A stretch of 64,000 nucleotides of DNA from Mageeibacillus sp. UBA5734 (GCA_002419365.1 DIGA01000095.1:17636-81635); one strand, 5' to 3'; shown: positions 38,546-47,851, counted from the first letter of the stretch. Numbers and translations: made by a program. Notes: generated from the sequence alone by a model not told the origin.

Positions 38546-38594
38546 CCAGAATTTCAGACCTTTTATTCCGATATCGGTATATAATTGATCTGAG

Positions 38595-39524
38595 GTGATT
38601 GTGGTGAAATACATGAGCATAACTGAAGCGAGTCAAAAGTGGCAGATCAGCGATCGCAGGATTCGCGTGCTTTGTGGGGAAGGCAGAATCGAGGGCGCCG
38701 TCAAGATTGGCCGCAACTGGTCCATTCCTATCGATGCAGTGAAACCAGTCGACGCGAGAGAAACTACTAAAAAGTTTTACGTGGGGCTGGATGAAGATTT
38801 CACAATCGTTGACTCCCTCAAGCACGCGATTGATCAGCATCGCCCTTTTCCGGAGAGACTTGCCCAGTCGCTGCATGAAAAGCTGGTTGTTGAATGGACC
38901 TACAATAGCAATGCGATCGAAGGAAATACCCTGACCCTGTCCGAGACCAAAGTTGTTCTGGAAGGCATCACGGTTGGAGGCAAGTCACTGACCGAGCATT
39001 TGGAAGCCATCAATCACAAGGAAGCAATCCTTTTTATCGAAGATCTCATTGTCAACCAAGAATCCCTCTCGGAATGGAACATCAAGAACATTCACGCGTT
39101 GGTCTTGAGAGAAATTGACACGCTGAATGCGGGGAAATACCGGACGGAAAATGTCGTGATCAGTGGTGCCAGACATATCCCCCCCAAACACTATGAAATC
39201 AATAACCTGATGCAAAAACTGGTCCGGGAATATCAGGAAGATTGGACGGATTTGCATCCGGTCGTCAAAGCAACCTTGCTTCATGGCGAATTTGTGAAAA
39301 TACACCCTTTTATCGATGGAAACGGCCGGACAGCGCGGTTACTCCTGAATTTTGAGTTAATGAAGCAGGGCTATCCTCCGGTCATCATCAAAAATGAAAC
39401 CCGGGCGGCCTACTACGATGTGCTCGACCTGGCCCATTCCACCATGAACTACAGACCCTTGATCAAACTCATAAGTGACCTAGTTTTGGAAACTGAACAA
39501 CTCTGGTTATCCGTGCTGGACTAG
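38595..39524 (+). CDS. Fic-family (AMPylase/adenylyltransferase-type) protein with an N-terminal HTH and an internal inhibitory motif (class II)
   Basis: HPFIDGNGRTARLL Fic motif. SNAIEG matches the (S/T)xxxE(G/N) inhibitory helix upstream of the core. The N-terminus MSITEASQKWQISDRRIRVLC looks like an excisionase/MerR-type HTH. The start is ambiguous (GTG 38595, 38601 or 38604, or ATG 38613). Confidence 0.85.
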   Translation: MIVVKYMSITEASQKWQISDRRIRVLCGEGRIEGAVKIGRNWSIPIDAVKPVDARETTKKFYVGLDEDFTIVDSLKHAIDQHRPFPERLAQSLHEKLVVEWTYNSNAIEGNTLTLSETKVVLEGITVGGKSLTEHLEAINHKEAILFIEDLIVNQESLSEWNIKNIHALVLREIDTLNAGKYRTENVVISGARHIPPKHYEINNLMQKLVREYQEDWTDLHPVVKATLLHGEFVKIHPFIDGNGRTARLLLNFELMKQGYPPVIIKNETRAAYYDVLDLAHSTMNYRPLIKLISDLVLETEQLWLSVLD

Positions 39525-39553
39525 TCATGCTGCAAAACTCATTGCCAGCCCAC

Positions 39554-40687
39554 TCACACCGCTGTCCCACTCACCCGTCCCATGGAGTCCCGGTATTGGC
39601 GCGGTGAAAGGCCGGTCTTTTTCTTGAAGATCTTGGAGAAATAGCTTTGGTCGCTGTAACCGACCTCCGTAGCGAGGCGGTTTAGAGGGATATGCTCTTC
39701 CAGCAGCAGTTTCTTGGCCTGGTCGATCCTGACTCGATTAATATAATCCGAAAAGTTTTCGCCGGTCTCTTTTTTGAACAGGCGGGAGAAGTAGCTGGGG
39801 CTCTGGTAAACACTGGAAGCAACGTCTCGCAGGGACAGTTCGGATCGGTAGTTCCTTTTGATGAATGTTATGGCATCCTTCATCTCGCGACTGATGTTAC
39901 AAGTTTGCCTGTCACTGCACTCGATGTACTGTTCAAAGATCGCAACAATCCAGAATTTGATTTCGTCCTGGTTTCTAAAGCGGTCGATTTTGCTGAAATT
40001 GATTTGGTTCAAGGTGTTGATGGTTGCTTGGTCCGCCCCCCGGTGAAGGATGGAACGCGAAATCAAAACGATCAGCTCGATGATGCCGATTTTCTGGCTA
40101 TCCCAGTCTTTTCCGGCGGGCAGAATGTTCTGATCCAGTATTTCAACCATGATCTGGATGGCTTCGCTGATCTGTCCTGACTCGATGCAGAGCATCAAAG
40201 CCTTCTCTTTTACAATTTGCGCCTGGAGACCGGCTGAATCATCACGAACCGGATCATGGCTCGCGTGTGTTCGATCCTTGTCATCCGGCCAGTCGCATTC
40301 ACCTGGCTGGGAGTCTCGACAGACTTTTTGGACCATCATCTGGAGGACCTGCCGGCAGGAAGTAATTCTGGCGCGCTCCTGATCGTTGAGCAGCGCTGGG
40401 TTTTCCGTTTTGAATGAACTGCAAACGGTCAGCTGAATCGTCCCGCCCTCAAAAGAGACCGGTTCCAGCCAATACACGAACCCCGTTCCATCGAGCCAGA
40501 CAGGCTCTGATGTCTGGCAGGAAAGATGAAAAGGCGTTCCTGGATTGGCACGGGCAGGGAAAATAACGTTAGCTTCCGGATCAAAAACGACACACTGTAG
40601 ATCACAGGCCTGGTGATAGAGTTCAAACACATGGTGAATATCGGGACGCTGACCATTCATAAGGGATACAACTCCAACGCTTGGCAC
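39554..40687 (-). CDS. AraC-family transcriptional regulator with an uncharacterised N-terminal domain
   Basis: C-terminal AraC HTH (GYSDQSYFSKIFKKKTGLSPRQY). The start is either GTG 40687 or ATG 40660. Confidence 0.85.
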   Translation of the reverse strand: MPSVGVVSLMNGQRPDIHHVFELYHQACDLQCVVFDPEANVIFPARANPGTPFHLSCQTSEPVWLDGTGFVYWLEPVSFEGGTIQLTVCSSFKTENPALLNDQERARITSCRQVLQMMVQKVCRDSQPGECDWPDDKDRTHASHDPVRDDSAGLQAQIVKEKALMLCIESGQISEAIQIMVEILDQNILPAGKDWDSQKIGIIELIVLISRSILHRGADQATINTLNQINFSKIDRFRNQDEIKFWIVAIFEQYIECSDRQTCNISREMKDAITFIKRNYRSELSLRDVASSVYQSPSYFSRLFKKETGENFSDYINRVRIDQAKKLLLEEHIPLNRLATEVGYSDQSYFSKIFKKKTGLSPRQYRDSMGRVSGTAV

Positions 40688-40706
40688 GTTAAATGCCCTG
40701 TCGCCT

Positions 40707-40740
40707 GAAAGAAAAGGAGGCCGCAGCCTCCTTTTCTTTC
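40707..40740 (-). terminator. Strong, potentially bidirectional hairpin terminator ending the PTS operon
   Basis: gaaagaaaaggaggc-cgca-gcctccttttctttc forms a perfect 15-bp stem with a U-rich 3-prime arm. It lies 19 nt after the URO-D-like stop. Confidence 0.8.
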
Positions 40741-40758
40741 AAGCCAATCAGGCTGCTA

Positions 40759-41784
40759 TTATCTGAGTTTGCCGTATTTCTCGAAGCATTCGAGGGCGTA
40801 GAGCATGGATTCCTTGGTGACACCGATCGCGTTCAAGTAGCCGTATTCGACGCCGATCAGGCCGCCCTGGGGGGTCGCCCATTTCTCGACCAGCTGTTTG
40901 ACTTCGTCTTCGATTTTCTGCTTGTCACCCGTAGGCAGCGTAGCCTGGATGTCGACTGCAACTTCAAAGCAGACTTTGCCGCGTGCGATCGCCGAGACTT
41001 CATCAATACCCAGCAGTTGCGGCTGATGGATGTTGATGATGTCGGCACCGACTTCGATGATGTCGGGCAGGATTTCGTTGACCTTGCCATCGGTATGGAA
41101 GCGGACGTCCATGCCACAACGGTGGGCCGCATCGAAGATGCGCTTGTACTGGGGCTTGAAGATCGAGCGGAAGACTTCCGGCGAGACCATCAGGTTGTTC
41201 TGGGTGCCCCAGTCATCGGTGGTGTCGTAGCAATGGATCCGGCCCTTGCCCAGGCGATAGGCTTCTTCGATGATGCCGATTTGGTAGTCGGCCATTCTTG
41301 TCGCCAAGCCTTCGACCAGTTCGGGCTCGAGCATACAGTCGACCAGAGTGTCATCGAAGCCACGCAGGAAGTGCATGCGTTCGAACATGCAGTGCGGGCT
41401 GTTCATCTGGACATACAGGCCTTTGCGCTCGGCCTCGTCCAGCGCCTCCTCGAGGCCATCGAAACGGCCTTCGGCGCGCGGATCCGGCAGCTCATAGGTC
41501 TCATAGTCCTCAACATCCGGGATGGCGATGTTCTTGACCTGGCCCATGTCAGAACCGGTGGCATCCTCACTGCTCCAGAGACAGCCCCATTCGTCGAGCT
41601 TGCCGTTCTGGGGCCGGGCTTTTTTCTTCACGGTGTAAGCGGCGTCCGGATCACGCTTGTTCTTGTCCGGCAGGACAAAGATCCGGTAGACATCGCCTTT
41701 CTGGCCGATCCGGTCAAATCGCAGGCCGATCCGCTCGGGTCCTGTGAATTTGATGTTGCCCTTGATGATTTCGTAACCAGTCAT
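40759..41784 (-). CDS. Uroporphyrinogen decarboxylase (URO-D)/MtaA-like TIM-barrel family protein of unknown function
   Basis: 341 aa. The overall pattern (RFHTDGKVNEILPDIIEVGADIINIHQPQL...) resembles URO-D-family proteins found in clostridial sugar loci. This assignment is by recall only. Confidence 0.55.
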   Translation of the reverse strand: MTGYEIIKGNIKFTGPERIGLRFDRIGQKGDVYRIFVLPDKNKRDPDAAYTVKKKARPQNGKLDEWGCLWSSEDATGSDMGQVKNIAIPDVEDYETYELPDPRAEGRFDGLEEALDEAERKGLYVQMNSPHCMFERMHFLRGFDDTLVDCMLEPELVEGLATRMADYQIGIIEEAYRLGKGRIHCYDTTDDWGTQNNLMVSPEVFRSIFKPQYKRIFDAAHRCGMDVRFHTDGKVNEILPDIIEVGADIINIHQPQLLGIDEVSAIARGKVCFEVAVDIQATLPTGDKQKIEDEVKQLVEKWATPQGGLIGVEYGYLNAIGVTKESMLYALECFEKYGKLR

Positions 41785-41794
41785 GATGTGCCCC

Positions 41795-42097
41795 TTACTT
41801 CTTCAGATACTGTGGGAAGTTGGCCTCAATGGCGTCGATCATGGTCTTTTTCACGCCTTCAGCATCCACCAGGTTGGTCGTGACTGCGACGACAGCATTG
41901 GAAGGAGGAAGCATGTCGGCCCATTCCGGACTGGTGATGACCAGGTCTGTCGTATGCATGTAAGCCATGGCTTCGCCAAAGGCACAAGACTCGACGTTAG
42001 CCTCGATGTTGCTTTGATTGCAAATGTTTTGGATGTTGATTTTGAGAATGGTGGATGTCCCCATTCCGTTGCCACAGACGCAGAGAATGTTCAGCAT
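41795..42097 (-). CDS. PTS EIIB component, ascorbate (L-Asc) family
   Basis: MLNILCVCGNGMGTSTILK, with the phosphorylatable Cys in the CGNGMGTS context. AGGAGG RBS. Confidence 0.88.
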   Translation of the reverse strand: MLNILCVCGNGMGTSTILKINIQNICNQSNIEANVESCAFGEAMAYMHTTDLVITSPEWADMLPPSNAVVAVTTNLVDAEGVKKTMIDAIEANFPQYLKK

Positions 42098-42158
42098 GTT
42101 TTGTTCCTCCTAAATGGACCAGTCAGTTGAATGATTATGGTTATACTTCTATTGGATC

Positions 42159-43511
42159 TTAGCCGGCAATCGGGATACCCATCATGCTGCCAATGGCCTT
42201 CAGAGCCAGGATGATGCCAACCCAGATGGTTGCGTAGTCAGCACTGCCCTGCCACCAGGTCAGGCCCATCAGGTTGACCGCCAGGGCCGAGCCACCGATC
42301 TGGATCAGGCCGTTGAGCGTGGTCAGGATGGCAGCAGCTCTCCAGCCACCCGCCTTGTTGGCAAAGACGGCAATGGTCGCGTTGTCAAAAAACAGCGGGA
42401 TGAAGCCAGGGACGAGGAAGATCGGGGATTTGAAGATGAGCAGGAGGATCAGGCCGAGGATCTGGCCGAAAGCACCGAAGATCAGGCCGAGGACGACGGA
42501 TTTCGGGGCAAAGGCAAAGATGGCGGCACAGTCGACACCGGCGACGGCACCGGGCAGGATCCGTTCGGAGATGCCTTTGAAGGAGACCATGATTTCACCG
42601 ACGAACATCCGGACACCGGCGAGCAGGACGTAGATGTTGGCGGTCAGGGTCAGGGCAATCCAGAGCAGGAAGACAATGTTGTTTTTCAGACCGGCCTGGC
42701 CGAATCCTTCAGCACCACGCAGGGTGTTGATGGCGTCACCGCCGATGACCATCATGATGACGGCAACAGAAATCAACATGACCAGGAAAGTGGCGATGAC
42801 GTTGTCTTGCAGGAAGCTGAGCTTGCTCGACATCTTCTTTTTCTCGATATCGTGCTTTTCGGCATCACCGAGCTTGCCGGCGATGTTGTATGCGACATAG
42901 CTGGCCAGCATCTGCTGGTGAGCAACGGTGAAATCAGCATTCGTGACGGCTTTGGTCGGCTTGATCAGCAGGGTGGAGAAGATACCCCAGTACAAGGCAG
43001 TGATGATCGAGGCGATCAGAACGGTCGGGACCATGCCCAGGCCGAGGAAGCGCCAGACAATGTAGGTGCTGATGCCAGCCTGGACGATCATGACGTTGCC
43101 AGTCAGGAAGACGGACTTGATCTTGGTGACTTTTCTCATGGCAACGAGCAGGACATTGAGGACGAAGGCAACCAGCAGGGTATAGATGCCCCAGGAGGCA
43201 CCGGTTCCGGCTCCCAGAACTGCATCGATTTTCTCGTATCCAGCGGTCATGGTCGGATAGGTGTTCAGTCCAGCACCCTGGATACCAGTCGATGCGGTCA
43301 GGGCTGCAAGCAGCTTGTTGAAATTGCCGATCAGGGCGCCGGATCCCATGCCCAGGACCAGGATGCCGATCGAGGCCTTGGCTGCACCCATGAATGCCTT
43401 GGAGAAGCTCTGTTTCATGGCGACATAGCCAACGAAGACGATGATGGCCATCAGGATGAAGGGTTGTCCGAAAATCTGTTTGAGCAGGAGATCAAGTACG
43501 GACTGCAACAT
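42159..43511 (-). CDS. PTS EIIC component, ascorbate family (UlaA/SgaT-like)
   Basis: 450 aa, polytopic, with a UlaA-like N-terminus MLQSVLDLLLKQIFGQPFILMAIIVFVGY. Confidence 0.88.
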   Translation of the reverse strand: MLQSVLDLLLKQIFGQPFILMAIIVFVGYVAMKQSFSKAFMGAAKASIGILVLGMGSGALIGNFNKLLAALTASTGIQGAGLNTYPTMTAGYEKIDAVLGAGTGASWGIYTLLVAFVLNVLLVAMRKVTKIKSVFLTGNVMIVQAGISTYIVWRFLGLGMVPTVLIASIITALYWGIFSTLLIKPTKAVTNADFTVAHQQMLASYVAYNIAGKLGDAEKHDIEKKKMSSKLSFLQDNVIATFLVMLISVAVIMMVIGGDAINTLRGAEGFGQAGLKNNIVFLLWIALTLTANIYVLLAGVRMFVGEIMVSFKGISERILPGAVAGVDCAAIFAFAPKSVVLGLIFGAFGQILGLILLLIFKSPIFLVPGFIPLFFDNATIAVFANKAGGWRAAAILTTLNGLIQIGGSALAVNLMGLTWWQGSADYATIWVGIILALKAIGSMMGIPIAG

Positions 43512-43531
43512 GATTGATTTACCTCTTTCTT

Positions 43532-44416
43532 CTATGTTTGATTGATTAGAAAATGTGTCTCGATGAAATGGGCAACACCATCCTGGTTATTGGACAGCGT
43601 TTGGTGCGAAGCCCGGGCTTTGACGAGATCTGTGGAATTGTCGACGGCCACGGAGAGACCGGATGCTTCAAACAGGCTGATGTCATTGTCATAGTCGCCG
43701 AATGAGCAGATGCTTGACCGATCCATTGCCAGATGATTCCCAAGCCATTCCAGGGCGGATTTTTTGGACACGGCCTGGTCAAAAATTCCTGTCAAGCCAT
43801 AGCCCGTCGCTTCCGTGCAAAGCTGGGGCATGTTTGCAATCAAATCGCCCATTTGGCTGATTTTGACCGGATCCTCTTCGTAAACAACGATTTTGATCAG
43901 GTCTGTTGTCTTGGCCACCTCCTGGTATTCCTCGAATCCAATCCCAACTGCGTTGATTTTTACGTTCACACCATTTTTTGCAGCAAGGTGCTCGTAAGCT
44001 TCGATGCGGTTGACAATTTTTTCAACGCCCTTGGTGAAGAACATCTTCTCACCCGAATACAGGGTCAATTCCAATTGACAGGCCGCCGCATAGGCCAGGA
44101 CTCGTGTGGCAGAAACCTTGTCCATTCCCTGCTGGAAAAGGACCCTTTTCTGTCTGATGTCTTCGATGGTTCCCCCGTTGAAAGCAATGTGATAATCACA
44201 GGGCAGATAAGGTTCCTGGAACAAGGTCATCATCTGGTTTGCACGGCCAGATGCAAGGCAAAGAATCATCCCCCTTTCTTGTGCCCTCTTGAATACATCC
44301 CTGGTGTATGTACTGATCTGTTTGTCATCGTTGAGCAACGTCCCATCCAGATCGCACACGATCAGGCGAGGCGTCGGCGATGACTGCCAGAACGATTCAA
44401 GCGCTGTACTTTTCAT
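43532..44416 (-). CDS. Cof-type HAD-IIB sugar-phosphate phosphatase
   Basis: LIVCDLDGTLLND motif I and SFGDYDNDISLF motif IV. Overlaps the EIIA gene by 20 nt. Confidence 0.82.
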   Translation of the reverse strand: MKSTALESFWQSSPTPRLIVCDLDGTLLNDDKQISTYTRDVFKRAQERGMILCLASGRANQMMTLFQEPYLPCDYHIAFNGGTIEDIRQKRVLFQQGMDKVSATRVLAYAAACQLELTLYSGEKMFFTKGVEKIVNRIEAYEHLAAKNGVNVKINAVGIGFEEYQEVAKTTDLIKIVVYEEDPVKISQMGDLIANMPQLCTEATGYGLTGIFDQAVSKKSALEWLGNHLAMDRSSICSFGDYDNDISLFEASGLSVAVDNSTDLVKARASHQTLSNNQDGVAHFIETHFLINQT

Positions 44417-44855
44417 CGAGTATCAGAAGCTCCTCTACGGACGACACCTTCAGGAGATCTTTGACAAAATCTTGGTTTAGAAGGATCAAGGCCAGTTTTT
44501 GCATATTTTCTACATGCACATTGTGATCTTTTGAAGCCAGGACAAAAAACAGGCGGGCATCCCGCTCCGGATTGCCTGGTTCGAAATGAACGGGTTCTTC
44601 GGTCTTCATGAAAGCGACCGCATTTTCGAAAACACCGGTGGCATTTTCCTGCGCATGGGGCAGGGCAATGTCAGGGGCGAGGACGATGTAGGGACCGTAT
44701 TTGTCGACACAGGCTATAATGCTGTCAATATAGGTTTCATCGATCGATCGGTCAGCGAGCAAGGTTTCGCATGATGCCTTGACGGCTTCTTGCCAGGTTG
44801 GGAAACCTTGATTGAAACTGACGCGCTTCAAATCCACCAATTCCTTCAATAACAT
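44397..44855 (-). CDS. PTS EIIA component (EIIA-2, mannitol/ascorbate type)
   Basis: 152 aa with LAPDIALPHAQ, which carries the phosphorylatable His. Confidence 0.85.
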   Translation of the reverse strand: MLLKELVDLKRVSFNQGFPTWQEAVKASCETLLADRSIDETYIDSIIACVDKYGPYIVLAPDIALPHAQENATGVFENAVAFMKTEEPVHFEPGNPERDARLFFVLASKDHNVHVENMQKLALILLNQDFVKDLLKVSSVEELLILDEKYSA

Positions 44856-44894
44856 ATGATTGAGCTCTCCTTTTCAAACGATTAAAGACGTGAC

Positions 44895-45416
44895 TTATGA
44901 TTGTGGCATTGAATTGATTTTGGCCTGTACGGATGCATCAACCAGGACCGCCGGGCAATGGGCACTGATGAAGCCAAGCGTCCGTGACAAGGTGTGCATC
45001 GGGAAAACGAGCTTGACAGAAAATTTGTCTGACCGGAATGTGATCTTGGCCTGGTTCAGTTGGTGTTGGTCGACTTGGATTTGCCGGATGTGTCGCCAGG
45101 GAATGGTAAAGAATACTTTGACAATCCCCTTTTCGTTAACGCCCCGTTTGATCGCAAAGGTGGAAAAGACGAAGAGGAGCGTCAGGATGTTGCGGATCGC
45201 CTCGATCTCGGTCGCCATCTGGTTCAAGGTAATGACGAAGACGATGGCCCAGATGACCAGCATGGTGGTCATGAAATCGTCTTTGCCAGGCATCGGGATG
45301 GTCCGGTTGCGCTTGTAGATCAGAAAAGTTTCATATCCGATTCCGGCCAGAAGCAAAATGCTCAGTAAATAGTTGATTCCATCACGCATATCCAAATTCT
45401 TAAACCTTCTTTTCAC
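44895..45416 (-). CDS. Hypothetical membrane protein (2-3 TM plus a soluble C-terminal domain); first gene of the PTS operon
   Basis: 173-aa ORF with hydrophobic segments INYLLSILLLAGIGY and MLVIWAIVFVITL. No recognisable family. The start is uncertain (GTG 45416 or ATG 45389), and neither has a good RBS. Confidence 0.5.
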   Translation of the reverse strand: MKRRFKNLDMRDGINYLLSILLLAGIGYETFLIYKRNRTIPMPGKDDFMTTMLVIWAIVFVITLNQMATEIEAIRNILTLLFVFSTFAIKRGVNEKGIVKVFFTIPWRHIRQIQVDQHQLNQAKITFRSDKFSVKLVFPMHTLSRTLGFISAHCPAVLVDASVQAKINSMPQS

Positions 45417-45475
45417 CTGCCGGTAAAAACCAGCTCCAGGAGACGTTTGACACTCTGAATTTGTTCTACAGTGTC

Positions 45476-45537
45476 ACTATATCTTCACTTGAGCATCAAG
45501 AGAAGAACAAGAAATGTACATCGCGTGTGCAAAGATT
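45476..45537 (-). promoter_or_regulatory. PTS operon promoter with an upstream ~41-nt operator shared with the regulator gene
   Basis: The minus strand reads AATCTTTGCACACGCGATGTACATTTCTTGTTCTTCTCTTG-N15-TATAGT. Operator content and spacing match 47932-47992. Confidence 0.6.
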
Positions 45538-45600
45538 TCCTGACTGTGCCCTTTGACCCAATGACTGGCTTCTCAGACCAGACATGAAAATAGGCACACG

Positions 45601-45646
45601 AAAAAAACCGGATCACAGCCCCACAAGGAGAGTTGGCTGCATATCC
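45601..45646 (-). terminator. Rho-independent terminator downstream of the PRD regulator gene
   Basis: Minus-strand RNA GGAUaugCAGCC-N14-GGCUGugAUCC followed by GG and UUUUUUU (plus-strand A7 at 45601-45607). Confidence 0.6.
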
Positions 45647-45781
45647 AGTTCTTTTCCGAGGCCTCTATTCTGAACCATCTGTCCTTGTTCCTTGTACCTG
45701 CTTTTACAAGGTGAAGTGCTGATGATGGAGCAGCATCATGGTTCTGTCCTGCATAGATTGAGCCGGTCTATCCTTGCCTTT

Positions 45782-47851
45782 TCACGGCATCAATCCGGTC
45801 ATGGGCTGGCCAATCGAAGACCGGATCAATTGATACACCTCGATCTGGCTTTTGGCCTGGAAGATCTCTCCGAGGACGTTAGTATTCCGGACCAGCTCCA
45901 GGACTTCAGTTAAGATCGTCATATGGCTTTTCTGATCGATCGGAGCGAGGACAATGATCATCCGCGCGGATTTGCCTTGCGGGAATTCCACCCCAGTCTG
46001 CGACACATAGATGGACAGACTGAGCTGATCGACTCCCTGCTCAGGCCGGGCATGGGCCAGGGCGATATCCGGGGTCAGGAAAATATAGGAGCCATGTGTC
46101 TGCACACAGTCAATCATGGCCTCGACATACCGTTCGGATATTGAATGGTCCTTGACGAGCGGCAGGGCAGCCAGATGGATGGCTTCCTGCCAGCTGACTG
46201 TCTCAAGATTCCAAGTGACGCGGTCTAGTGTCAGCACATCGGCCAGATTGAGATTCAGCTCAACGATTTCATCAATAATGGTTTTCGGCGAGACAAAGAA
46301 CTGCCGGACAGCGGTATAAACGTCTTCGCGGTTTTGTTCGGGGATCAGGCTGGCCAGCCGTTCGAATAATTGATCGACCGATTTGCCGGTCAAATTCGAA
46401 CTCGCCTGGTTATTGTGGTAACGGGCCAGCACATTGCGTTTATCCTGCCGGGTCAGGATGGGATTGACCTGAAGGGCATGATAGCTCGGATCCAGCTCAA
46501 CGGTGGACACAATCAAGTCGTCCGGATTCAAGGCCTCAGGCAACTCCATGATGGACAGGACATCGATCATCAGGCTATCCGGAATGATCTGCTCCAGTTC
46601 ATTCTTGATCAGCTGGGCGGTCGAGGATCCATTCGGACAGATGATGTAGATCCGTTTGACCGCCTTGCCAGCGGGTGTCATCCTGAGGTGGCCACCGAAG
46701 TGCAGGGTCAGGTAGCCGATTTCACCGTCACTGATCGGATAGCCCAGTTTCTGGCTGACCAGGGTGCTGACTTCCGAGCAGATTTCAAATAGATGGGGAT
46801 ACTTGTGCCGGATATCCTCCAGCATGGGATTGATGTCAAAAATACCGTATTTATAGCGGTAGTACGAGATCTTCAGATGTGAGGTCAAGGCACTGACCAG
46901 ACCTTGCGGTGCTGAAAAGTTGATACAGGCCAGTTGTTCGAAAAAATCAACCATTTCCGTTGCCAGCGATTCAAAAAGGCGATTGGCCGGTTCCGTCCTT
47001 TCGGCAGGGGAGTGGATTGCAACCCTGGCACCCAACAGGTGGATGGTCAGGTACAGGCGTTCTTGTTCATCTAATTCCGGAAAAGCTGTCTGGACCAACT
47101 GGTGCTCGGCACTGTTTGCGACATCCTGCTCGATCTCCAGAATCAGGTGGTCGTTCAACAGCCCCTTGTCTCGGCTCAGCTTAAGCACAGCCAGCAAATA
47201 TGCCAACCGCTCCAGTGTGCCAACAACATATTTAGTTTTTAGTGCCGTTTCGATCTGAAACAGGCGCTCCAGTTCTATGGAAACAAGTCCTGGATCTATG
47301 ATCCGGACCAGGTCCTGATTCAAAAGTGGCAGAATCCGCTCCAGATGGTGCAAAAAGAACGTCCGCTTCTTGATCGGATCGCCTACGATGGAATACCCCG
47401 TGGCGACCTCATAGACCAGGTTCAGATGGTAGTTTGTCAGGAGCCTTTTCGCCTGTTTCAGGTCATTGAGGATCGTATTGCGGCTGACCTGGCATAGATG
47501 TGCGAGATGGTCGGCCAGGATCACCTGGGTGGGGATCAGGATCTGGCAAACGCAGAAATCGATTCTCTCAGCAGGCGCCAGCACATAGACCGTCGAATCA
47601 GGCAGACAGGACAGTTCTGTGCGAACAAGCTCCTTTTGCAGGTCATCCAGCAGCACACCCTGGCTACCTTTGGGCTGAATCGGGCTCAGACCCACGGTCT
47701 CCAGCCATTCATTGATCTTGTACAAATCATAGTAGACAGTCCGGCGGGGGATCTGGAGGGCGAGCGCAATTTCCGAAATCGGAATCATCCGTTCCTGGTT
47801 GACCAGAAAGTTCAGGATCTGGCGGCAACGGCTGTCCAGAATAGCTTTCAC
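45782..47851 (-). CDS. PRD-containing transcriptional activator (MtlR/LicR/ManR type: HTH-Mga-PRD-PRD-EIIB-like-EIIA-like)
   Basis: 689 aa. N-terminal HTH (ISEIALALQIPRRTVYYDLYKINEWL), PRD regions, an EIIB-like RIYIICPNGSSTAQL and an EIIA-like LTPDIALAHARPEQG. The GTG start follows GGAGG. Confidence 0.88.
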   Translation of the reverse strand: MKAILDSRCRQILNFLVNQERMIPISEIALALQIPRRTVYYDLYKINEWLETVGLSPIQPKGSQGVLLDDLQKELVRTELSCLPDSTVYVLAPAERIDFCVCQILIPTQVILADHLAHLCQVSRNTILNDLKQAKRLLTNYHLNLVYEVATGYSIVGDPIKKRTFFLHHLERILPLLNQDLVRIIDPGLVSIELERLFQIETALKTKYVVGTLERLAYLLAVLKLSRDKGLLNDHLILEIEQDVANSAEHQLVQTAFPELDEQERLYLTIHLLGARVAIHSPAERTEPANRLFESLATEMVDFFEQLACINFSAPQGLVSALTSHLKISYYRYKYGIFDINPMLEDIRHKYPHLFEICSEVSTLVSQKLGYPISDGEIGYLTLHFGGHLRMTPAGKAVKRIYIICPNGSSTAQLIKNELEQIIPDSLMIDVLSIMELPEALNPDDLIVSTVELDPSYHALQVNPILTRQDKRNVLARYHNNQASSNLTGKSVDQLFERLASLIPEQNREDVYTAVRQFFVSPKTIIDEIVELNLNLADVLTLDRVTWNLETVSWQEAIHLAALPLVKDHSISERYVEAMIDCVQTHGSYIFLTPDIALAHARPEQGVDQLSLSIYVSQTGVEFPQGKSARMIIVLAPIDQKSHMTILTEVLELVRNTNVLGEIFQAKSQIEVYQLIRSSIGQPMTGLMP

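Noticed and set aside
38313-38584. 65-aa (-) and 81-aa (+) ORFs in the dctP-Fic spacer
   Set aside because: They run across the decayed rarD fragment in wrong frames. The region is better explained as a pseudogene remnant.
40693-41883. 396-aa + ORF antisense to the URO-D-like gene. Similarly 54220-55542, 55690-56844, 59183-60535 and 61187-62152 are antisense to the permease, kinase and GH31 genes.
   Set aside because: The same mirror-frame artefact. None has an RBS or family motifs, and each would overlap a strongly supported gene along its whole length.
41795-44855. Annotating the PTS as the L-ascorbate (ula/sga) utilisation system
   Set aside because: Only the transporter family matches. 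No UlaD/E/F/G-type enzymes are present, and the co-encoded enzymes are unrelated to that pathway.
45689-45710. Hairpin ccttgta-N8-tacaagg as the terminator of the PRD regulator gene
   Set aside because: The stem is short (7 bp) and AT-rich, with no U-tract on the minus strand. The hairpin plus U7 at 45601-45646 is a better candidate.
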